Part shown: positions 1 to 9,370 of the stretch, in pieces
Numbering within the stretch: the first letter of the stretch is position 1
How the letters are laid out: every line of letters starts with the position of its first letter
Made by a program: the position numbers and the translations under genes
Assembly: GCA_001643675.2 (NCBI GenBank)
Contig: LSRY02000009.1
Span: 496,001 to 560,000, forward strand
Length of the DNA stretch: 64,000 nucleotides
DNA from: Monocercomonoides exilis PA203
Taxonomy: Eukaryota > Protista > Preaxostyla
Direction: 5' to 3'
The notes under the pieces: model-generated
The model's input: only the letters and a program-made list of their open reading frames with translations
What the model was told of the DNA's origin: nothing
The model's database searches: none

Positions 1-1996
1 TCGGGAAACAAAGCAAAACACGGGCGGGAGCTGTTCATTCGATGCAACGTATTCGACCGTCAGTTATCTCCGAAGTTGATTTCACTCAATATAGAACCTC
101 AGTCCATCGGCGACAACAGTGTTGCTGGTGTTGAACTGGATGTATCAGCAGACGAAAGCCTCATCCGCAACTTCCTCAACCGGGTGCGCTATGTTCTGGG
201 CGAAGTGGCATTTGCGGATATGTCTGGGGAAGACGAGCGGTTGGAGTGCCAATACGAACAGACACCGTGTTTGAGTGTGAACGGGGCTTCAGACCATCTT
301 TCGGTGTCTGCAATGCAGTGGAGCATCAGCATCATCAGCACATCCAGCATCACTGGACAGCTTTCTCTGGTATCTACAGAGCTGAAGCCAATGAGCAGCG
401 ATGCAGATGCTTCAGTGATCGTTCTGTTTGGATCTGCCATTCATTCGACATCAGAAGGAAGAGAAGTAGTCAAATGTGGGAATGGAACGCTGATTCAATC
501 AGTCAACTTTGAGATTGACTATCGCTTTGAGACAGACAAAGAATGCATTTTTGGGCAGGACGATGGCAGTTCGACTGTTAAAAACTGTGCTTTTTATTTC
601 AGTTTGGGCAATGCGAAGACGATAAATGCATCTTTTTTGCATGTCGGTGCAGGGACATTCACGATGGACAACACGTCGTTCAAGTCTTTTATGCTGAGTC
701 GCACGTTTTTTGAAGTCAATGTGAGTGCGTTTTTGAACTTGAGCAGAGCAACCATCGAGAAATTTGCGTTGGGAAACGGATCGCTTCTGGTTGGAGAGGA
801 AGGAGCGACCGTTGTTCTTCAGAATTCTGTGTTCAATGACATAACAGCGTCTTCTCATCTTCTGTCGCTAACTTCTCCTTCGTCGCTTGTGTGTGATTCT
901 CTTACCGTGACTTATGTCAGATCGGATGGATCTGCATTGCATGTTCGTTTTGACAGCCCTGAGACAAATTCTGCAATTTCTTCTTCTTCTTCAACAGAAC
1001 AGCACAACAGCAGTCCAATTGTCTTGAATTACTGTAATTTTGAACGCATCACTTCAACCGATCAGTCATCTCCCATTATTTTGTTAGACAGATCTTCCAT
1101 TCCAATCAACATTTCGCAATTGACCTGCAAAGATTGCTCAACAAACAGAACAGAAGGTGCAATTCTTCTGTTTTCTGGCTGTGAACGCATTTCCATAAGC
1201 AAAGCAGATTTAACAGGAAAAAGAGCATGCAGCAATGAAATGGAGAATGGTGATTTTATTAGAAATCCAACTTTATACAAGAATTTTTATCAAAATACTT
1301 CTCATCTCTCAAAACAGCTTCAGCAACAACAACAAGAACAGCAAGATTCTTTGTGTTCTTGGAGCGGCTCTCTCTTGCATTTTGCCAATTCTGTTGTCTT
1401 TGCCGATTCTCTGAGCATCTTTTCATCGTCCCTTGGCGCACTGTCTATACAAAGTTCATCTGTCACGCTGTCACATTATTCCTTCTACAATAACTCCGTC
1501 TGCTCAGCCAAATATTACTCGGCCCAGAGAAACATCCATTGCGTGGGAGATTCCAGCACTGCAGAGAGCAAAGGCTATCTCTCCATCACCAGCCTGGGGA
1601 GCGGGATAAGTACACTCAACACTTCACTGTGGATCGCCAACGAAGGATGCGAGCTGGCAGACATGCCGCAGAGAGTGCTCAATCCGCTGTTTGTTCCTCG
1701 ATTGTCTGAAGCAATTTATGAGGTAAGCTCATCTGTCTCAGCTGTGTCTAATGAATTATCGAGGATGTTGGGTGAGAATGTGCGGGAAATGCAGTACGCA
1801 TTGAAGGGGCTGGATCTGTTTCCGTGCAGCGAGCTGAGTTTGTGCATTGTTCCGGAGGGAAATGAGAACAACTCGATTGCTCTGCCGATAAAAGAGAATG
1901 ATTTCGTCAATGAAACCCAAATACAAATGAATATTTCGGAGGATGTTTTTAATCCAACAAAGTTTAATACGACGTTTGTTGCACTCAGAATGACAA

Positions 1997-2027
<31 letters not shown>

Positions 2028-2376
2028 TTCTTCTTCTTCAACAATTGTCCAAACACCTCTTATACGCCTCACAAAGCACAATTCAAGCAGCAACAATACC
2101 AATTCCACCGATAACATCAAAGAAATAGAGCAAAGAACACACACGTGGCTGGTGGCTGGGCTGATAGTGGCTTCGATTATTCTTGTTGTGGTAGTTGTGG
2201 TGAGCATTGTTCTGTGTGTGCTCCTGGGGAGAGCGAAGAACAAGTACAAGCAGATGGAGAAAGTGCCAAGTGATACGGCCAGTGGCTCTGGTGCTCGTCA
2301 GAATGAAAGGCAGAATTCTGAACAGTTTGTCACACTGCCTCCTTCTGCGCTTGATGCGTGGAGAGACTCGGATTGA
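1..2376 (+). CDS. C-terminal part of a large type-I membrane/surface protein (beta-helix-like repeats, single TM, short tail); 5' end outside the window
   Basis: Frame +1 is open from base 1 (SGNKAKHGRELFIRC...) to TGA at 2376. Hydrophobic TM WLVAGLIVASIILVVVVVVSIVLCVLL is followed by basic residues. Shares the 'LCSWSGS', 'SAQRNI.C', 'SLWI...GC.L' and 'PLF.P' motifs with the 9.4-19.4 kb protein. Confidence 0.85.
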
Positions 2377-2386
2377 TGAGGACGCT

Positions 2387-2417
2387 GTGTATGTGTATGT
2401 GTGTGTGTGTGTGTGTG
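2387..2417. repeat. (GT)n microsatellite
   Basis: Direct inspection; lies just downstream of the stop codon. Confidence 0.9.
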
Positions 2418-2980
2418 AAGGATTGGAAAATATAGTTATTTCATAGAATAGTTGCGATATCATTGTTATCTCTTAGAAAGAAGATTTTATAGTTTTGGCT
2501 TTGAGATGCTGAGAAAGTTTTGCTTGGGAAAGAGGTTAATATTTGCAAAATGTTGAACAAATTAGAATAAATATCTACACTTTTGTAAATGTGGGTTATT
2601 GAAATATTTATGAAAAGGATAAGCAAAAAATACAAAACCAAATCAAATAATGTTATATTAGCATATTCGGCTTTTTGTTTATATTAAATTTTTTATTTCA
2701 AAGAATTTCATCACAACACTTTAAATAGAAAATTACGAAACGCACACTAAACGTATACTTTAAAAAAATTATTTTTTGTCAAATTTATCGTTCTTTCTTA
2801 ATATCCACTTCTGTAACAAATAATTTCTCTAATGACCATTTTTCCTTTTTTAGCAACTATTTCAAAATGAGCTAAATAAATATTTTCTTTCCATTTCTGA
2901 TAAAAAAATGGAGAATAAATCACAATTTTTAAAAAAAAATTATTTCAATTATTGGTGAATTAGAAATGTTTAATATATTT

Positions 2981-3237
2981 GGGTGATTATTTTTGAAATC
3001 ATAACTTTTTTCGGAGTGTTGATTTGTCAAAAGTTAAATTTCTTTAAAGAGGAATTATTCTTTCAAAAGAAAAAAAATCATGAAAAATGTTTAAAACAAC
3101 AATGTTTGAGATTTAAATCAAGTTTTAATTATATTTGAAAGGAGATACATCTTTTCAGTATTCATTCATCATATTCAAAGTGAATTTTCAAACCAATATT
3201 TTTGAATGAAAAAATGTGTATTCAATAATAATCTCCT
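2981..3237 (+). mobile_element. 257-bp MITE, copy 1 (GGGTGATT termini, ATTT target duplication)
   Basis: Starts GGGTGATTATTTTTGAAATCATAAC and ends in degenerate AATAATCTCCT; ATTT on both sides. Same length and similar sequence as 39636-39891 and 55133-55389. Confidence 0.7.
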
Positions 3238-3918
3238 ATTTATAAAATTTATAAATATACAGTATGGATGATTGAAGCAATTTTCACACATTTGTATTAA
3301 TTGAGGGAATAGCTGGGTTTCTCGCCAAGATGCAATTATTAATTATAGTTGAGACAACACCACTGTCAACAGTTTTTGAAAGCGTCCACCATCGATAACA
3401 CTAACAATATTTTATGGTACAATATTTTTTGCTTCATGAATTTTGTTCCATTCTTCTCTGACAAATATTATTCTCAATTTTTGAATTTTTCTGAAATTAT
3501 TTGCATAGTTTCGGTTGATTTATTATCAAAAGATCGAAGAAAATGTTTGGAACAAATCTCAGTTTTTTTCATAGTGGCAAAAATTTTGTCCCATAATTAT
3601 TTAAAAAAAAAAGAAGGAAATTTTTTTATGGTTTTTTCAATTTTTTTTTCAAAAAATATTTATTACTCAATTTTTAATAACTAAAAACTATTATTGCACA
3701 TGAACCAATTCATATGTTTCCAAAGAAAAAAAAAGAAATGAAAAACATCTCATTTGCGTTGAATATAACTACACCAAAATTTTTGCAACATCGAAAAACT
3801 CACATTCTTAATCGAAAATATTATATTCAAGATGGGAAATTGAATTATCTTCAAATCATTAAAACGTTCAAAATTTTTTATTCATATCAATTGAGTTGCA
3901 TCAAGTTAAAAAAAAGAG

Positions 3919-4283
3919 ATACAGTTTGTACAAAAATTACCAGACAAGATCGATATCTCAATAACCGCAAGAAGAAAAATTCTGTTTATTTTCCTCAAAA
4001 TATATCTCATCAATTCAAACTCATTTAATATACAAAACTTTCAAAACTTCCTCTTTTTTGCTCTTAGTAATTTTATTATGAATTTTCGGAGAAACTAAAA
4101 ATCCTATTTCTCAGAAATTTCAATCATTAATTATTTCTGAGTGAAAAAGAGGAAAATATGAAAGTTTTGTATATTAAATGAGTTTGAATTGATGAGATAT
4201 ATTTTGAGGAAAATAAACAGAATTTTTCTTCTTGCGGTTATTGAGATATCGATCTTGTCTGGTGTTTTTTGCACAAACTGTAT
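3919..4283. repeat. Foldback/palindromic repeat
   Basis: 3939-4043 is the reverse complement of 4159-4263 (105 bp); degenerate pairing continues towards a centre near 4100. Confidence 0.9.
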
Positions 4284-4455
4284 TTAAAGGAAGGTGCAAT
4301 TTAATATTCCGTAATTCATCAAAAAAATCAGATAAATATTTTTTTTGTTCAAAACAAAAATTTTCCAAAAACACCTATCGAATTTGAAAGTAGACCTTTG
4401 CGACAAGGAAAAATATAGCGATGCATGTCGGTCGAAAGACAAAACCTATGTCGAG

Positions 4456-4457
<2 letters not shown>

Positions 4458-4504
<47 letters not shown>
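4458..4504. repeat. Poly(T) tract inside the hAT element end
   Basis: 47 consecutive T. Confidence 0.9.
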
Positions 4505-4508
<4 letters not shown>

Positions 4509-5042
4509 AAATACAAAATTCAAAATGTGTTTAATTTTTCTGAAATATTTTTCTTATATCTGAATTTCTTTCTGACTTGTATATTCGATATAAATACATT
4601 TATGCATGAACGAAGAAATATATTTAACTTGTTTTGAAAATACCATTTTATGAAATTTCAATCGTGAAAGGAAAAAGCCAACAATAATTATTGAAAACAA
4701 AACAAATTTTTTTGACGAAAGAAGATGAAACAATAACAATAAAATGTTTCAATCAAACCTAAAAAAATAAAAAAATTGAAATACAAAAACAATAGTTCGA
4801 TTAATGAATATATTCAATTTCAGTTTTGATTATAGAAAAATAACAAATAAAGAAAATTGAAGTTATGCAATTTATTTTCGTTATCAACTGTCTGTTTTAT
4901 TATTTTTGAATCTTTAAATGATCCATTGTTGACACTGCCAAATGAAAGTTGCCTTTTGCCTACTATAAAATTGAATTTGTGCATAACAAATAAAATTGGA
5001 CTTTGATGAGCTGAAGCATAAATTAATAATAAAAGTCTATCT

Positions 5043-7875
5043 TTAATGTGAAGAAGAAGAAGAAGAAGAAGATCTGGAACCAGCACCGAGCATGTTTCTG
5101 TTGTTCTTCATCCACTCCTTCCTGTACACTCTGTCAGCGCTGTCGTATGCGACCACTGAAAGAGACTGGACGCGCCAAGCAATGCGGAACATGACACACA
5201 CTTCGGCATGCATCGACGTCCGCTGGCCCCGAACAGACTCGGCTGCTCTTTCAGCAGAACGAGAAAGCTGAGAAACAGAAGGGAGGGATTGAAACACAGC
5301 TGTTGGATGGAGTGACTGCTGTTGCAGCTGAAGCTGTTGTTGAGGCAAAAGTGGATATGATGATGATGATGATGATGTGCTTATTGAAGATGTTGCTCCA
5401 GAGAGAGCTCTGTCGAACGTTTGAGGAGCAAATGAAGAAGAAGAAGAAGGAGAAGGAAAAGCAGATGGAGTGAGTGAGGAAAGCTGATTGTTTCGTGCTA
5501 AGATTTCATAATTTGATGGAAGTGAAGCCTGAGAAGATGGTGAAATAGACGCAGGACGTTGAGGAGGAGGATACGAAGGAGGAATCGATGTTGAGCAATG
5601 AGGTGCAGATGCTGGCGATGGAGAAATTGATCTCATTGGACGGTTGCCTTGTTAATTTGCTGTTTGTTGAGTGTTGTCTGTGATGGGATCAAGAATAGGA
5701 ACATCACGTGTTGCAGAAGGAGCTGCTATTCGATTAAGCGTTAATTGAGAAGCAGAAGGAGATAGAAGCACAGATGGAGTATCAGAAGATTCATTCTTAG
5801 AAGATGAATCATTTGTATTTTCTGTGCTTTCTTTTTCTTCCTCCTCTTTTAATTGTAGTTCTCTTTCTTTCTCTTTCTCTCTCCCTCTCCCTCTCCCTCT
5901 CAATTTCTCTCTCCTTCTCCCTCTGCATTTCGTCCTCAGCTCTCTTCTGCGCATCTGCCAGCACATTAACGGATTGAACATCGACAAACCAGAATGCCAC
6001 CTCAATTTCTGTTCTCGTTATCTGCAAAGCAGCTCTTATCCCCAGCGCCTCCAGTTGCTTCTCATTCAGCAACCGCTGACGCCCCTTTTCCTTCTTCTCC
6101 GCTGCTTCTTTCTTCTGCTTGTCACGAATCTCAGCAAACTTCTTCTCGTCCTGCAGCCTTTCCGCTTCTTCTTCTTTCTGTTCAAATTAAATTAGGCTCA
6201 ACTCAATTTCTTCCTCCTTCATCTTTTCTGCAAGCGTCTTCTTCTCCTTCTTCTGCTTCTGCCTTTCTTGATCTTCCATTATCTGTTGCTCATCCCTCAG
6301 AATCTTCACAATCGTAATGTTTTCTTTGCCTTCCTTTTCCAGATCCAATCTTCTCTGCACACATCGCTCTTCAATCTCCAGCTGTTTCAACTTCTCAGCC
6401 ATTGCTGCTTCCCTCCACTTCTCCTGTTATTTATCTAGCTGCACCTGAATCTTCCTTTCTCTTTCAACCATCCGAACTCTTTCGCTCACTCGCTCTGCTT
6501 CGTGTTATCAGAAACTGTTATTTTTAAACTATTCGTCTTTCGAGTCATCTGCTTGTGCCTATTTCGCTTCTGTTTAGCCTTTGTTCTTCTTGTCGTTGTC
6601 TTCAAAAAATCAGATTAGTAAACAATACATCATCTCCTGCACCTCCCTCCAACCAATTATTTTTCTTGATCTACTATTTCCTATTGATCCTTCAGAAGTG
6701 TTTGTTAATTGCGATTCACAAGATCTCCGTAAAGGAATCCTTCATTCTATTTCTCATGTGCTCGTCTTGTGTCTCTGACTCCATCTCACGCAGATACAGC
6801 ACACTCTCATTCATGCTGCTCGGCATGCCACCCCTCCGCTTGTGGTTGATGTGCGACCAGCTACAGCTCTCTTACTTCCTCCTAACTTTTTTTATTTCAT
6901 TCTGAATCACGCAGTGCCACAAGTCCTGCTGCTGCTTGACACAACTTTCTGTCCAATGACAATCGTGTCCAGCATCCAAAGATATATCGAATCGACGTCA
7001 ACTGAAGCAGATGAAGGTGAAATAGAAGACGATTGCAAAGAGATGAGTACATCGTGTGAAGTGAAAGATGTTATAACATTTGAAATAGTTGTAACAAACA
7101 ATGAAGCTGGAAAACGTGAAGAGGAAGAAGTGAAAGAAGCTGGTGATGAAGATATGCTGCTGTTTTGAGGGGAAGTTATCTGAGGAGGAGTTTGTGAGTT
7201 TTGTCGTCTTGCATCAGTATTTTCTTTCTGTTGCCGTTGCTGTTGTTGTCTATTGTTTGACTGCGAATGTTGCTGAGAATTAAAAATAAAATAATTTTGT
7301 TCTGTCATTTGTGAATTTGCTTCGCTTGATTGTAAAATCTTACCATGAGTGGATAATGGATAGAAAATAGTTGGTTCACGATTTGTTGCGCATGTTGTGA
7401 ATGTGATGCAGATGGTTTTGAAGAGAAAGCATCTGATTATAAGAAACAGCATAAGGATGGGATTGCAGGCTCATCCCAGGGAAATATTGCTAGACGAGGA
7501 AGCTTCTGGAGGAGGTCTGAACTGCAGCTGGAATTTCTGCTGTTTCTGTTGCTGCTGTTGATGAAGCATTTGCATATTTTGGAGTTAGTTTTGAATAGGA
7601 CGAAGCACTTGCTGTTGTTGAAGCTGTGATTAAAACAAAAGATTGGGGCTAACAAAGGTGATGTTCTGGGATGTGATAATGGTGATTGAGGAGAGAGAAG
7701 AAGGAGAAGAAAAATGAATGGAAGGAGAAGAAGAAGGAAGAGAAGATGAATGATAAGAAGTAAGATTGGAAAGAGAAAAAGAGGAAATGTTGGAACAATG
7801 AGAAGTGGAAGAGAATTTTAGAGATGGAAGAAGAGGAAATAAATGAACAGTGAAAAGATCAAAAAGGCACACCAA
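5043..7875 (-). pseudogene. Decayed host-like gene fragment (Ser/Gln-rich and coiled-coil segments) carried inside the hAT element
   Basis: Chain of minus-strand ORF pieces (7630-7875, 7437-7655, 6907-7452, 6187-6402, 5809-6072, 5652-6005, 5043-5636) broken by stops and frameshifts; GC-richer than the element ends. Confidence 0.6.
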
Positions 7876-8506
7876 TAATTTCCCAACAAATTGTTATTCT
7901 TCATTTTCTTCTTTTGCTTTCAATACTAATTCAGCTTTCTTCTTTAAAATCTTTTGAAGTTTCTTTTTCTTTTTCTGATTTCCAGTATCATAATCGAATT
8001 TTAAATGTCTCCAAATACTCGCAGCTTCTTTCTATTTCCATTTGAATGAAAACTTTTTCCACAGGCAGATGTTGTAATAACGCACAAATGTTTGTTGTTT
8101 ATTTCAAATCAATATCATCAACATTGACAATTCCATCAAACTTCTTTTGTTATTCATCGTATTTGATAATAAAACAATTATTTTTGTCAAACCTTTTTCA
8201 TGTGTTAACCTTCTATTTCCACAAATCTGAGTTTGTTATTAAAACTCAAAATGTGTAATTATTATGGAATGTTATTTGAAACTTTTATTTTTGAAAATAA
8301 CGTTAAAAATATTAATATCTGAAAGAAGATGAAATGTTTAATAAAAATGTTGAATTGGACAAATAATGAATTAAATCAGATAGATAAACACTCAATTTCT
8401 TTAAAGAACTTAAAAATATTTCAAGCTATAAATGGCATTTTTAACAAAATTGAAATGAAAGTCAATTTCTGAATAAAAAGAAATGTTTTCAAAAAAATCA
8501 TATCCA

Positions 8507-8572
8507 TTCGACAGATAGATCTTTTCGACCGACTAATCTTTCGACCGACTGATCTCGACAAAGATCTGTCGA
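8507..8572 (-). repeat. hAT subterminal repeats (TCGACCGAC/GATC units), probable transposase-binding sites
   Basis: The reverse complement matches the GATCAGTCGGTCGAATA tandem units at 41369-41428. Confidence 0.75.
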
Positions 8573-8948
8573 TAACCCATTGATATTTTTAAAAATATAA
8601 AAATAAAATATTCGTTTGTTATAATCTTGTGAAAATAAAGAATTAATAAATAAAGAAATTGAATAAAAACGGAAAAACTTAATCTTGTTTTGTTGTTTTT
8701 TCGTTTATCAAAAAATAAAGCATTAGCTGACAGTCTTGTCGGTCGACTTGTCGAGCCATGAAAAAAATGTCGGTTTGTCGCAAAGGCCTATTTGAAAGTG
8801 TTGGAATTGATTGTTTTCAATCTTTGAAACGTGAAAATAAATAATGAACAGTAAGGAATTATTTAAAAATTGTTATAATAAATTTCAAAAAATAAACAAA
8901 AAAAATATATATTTATAAAATTAATATTTTAAAAACTCCTTTTTGCAA

Positions 8949-9020
8949 GCGGTAGTAGTATAGTGGTTAGTACTTCACGTTGTGGCCGTGATAACCTGGG
9001 CTCGAATCCCAGCTACCGCA
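8949..9020 (+). tRNA. tRNA-His(GTG)
   Basis: Acceptor stem GCGGTAG/CTACCGC; anticodon arm TCACG-TTGTGGC-CGTGA; T arm CTGGG-CTCGAAT-CCCAG; downstream T-run Pol III terminator. Confidence 0.93.
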
Positions 9021-9193
9021 TCTTCTTTTTTGGTTTTCAAAAAGAAAAATAATTTTTGTGCATCAAGAAGAAGATTGCCACTTGTGATGGTGTAAAATAT
9101 TTTTGATTTATGTTTTATTCATTTTAAAAAGAAAAGAGAAATAATTTTTTAGAAAACAAAACGGAAATAATATTGAATCTTGGAAAAATTACA

Positions 9194-9265
9194 TGCACCC
9201 TATGGGGATCGAACCCATGACCATTGCCTCATAAGAGCAAGACTCTGCCGCTGAGTTAAGGGTGC
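9194..9265 (-). tRNA. tRNA-Ile(TAT), intronless
   Basis: Minus strand: acceptor GCACCCT/AGGGTGC; D arm ACTC/GAGT; anticodon arm TTGCT-CTTATGA-GGCAA; T arm ATGGG-TTCGATC-CCCAT; downstream T-run. Confidence 0.9.
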
Positions 9266-9370
9266 TTGTTGAAGACAAAGCTTTTTTTCTGTTCAGTCGA
9301 AAAATTCCATTCAAAACCATAATTTTGTGAGATATTTGAAGTTTTCATTTTTGATTTTTGTCCATATGCA

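Larger units (their letters stand above)
4391..8790 (-). mobile_element. Non-autonomous hAT-type element carrying host-like cargo (Pack-hAT)
   Basis: TIRs TAGACCTTTGCGACAA (4391-4406) and TTGTCGCAAAGGCCTA (8775-8790), 15/16 match. Identical 8-bp flanks TTTGAAAG (4383-4390 and 8791-8798). The 8790 end and its subterminal TCGACCGAC repeats match the 5' end of the hAT transposase element at 41033. Confidence 0.85.

Noticed and set aside
3349-4739. Short ORFs in AT-rich intergenic DNA, including the mirrored pair 3714-4028 and 4174-4374
   Set aside because: Low-complexity F/K/I/N-rich translations; the shared peptide only reflects the palindrome.
5043-8100. Alternative genetic code (TAA/TAG = Gln, as in some oxymonads) to explain in-frame stops
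   Set aside because: TGA stops and frameshifts also interrupt these frames; intact genes end in TAA (20618, 24403, 61730) and the 9.8-kb exon has no internal TAA/TAG.
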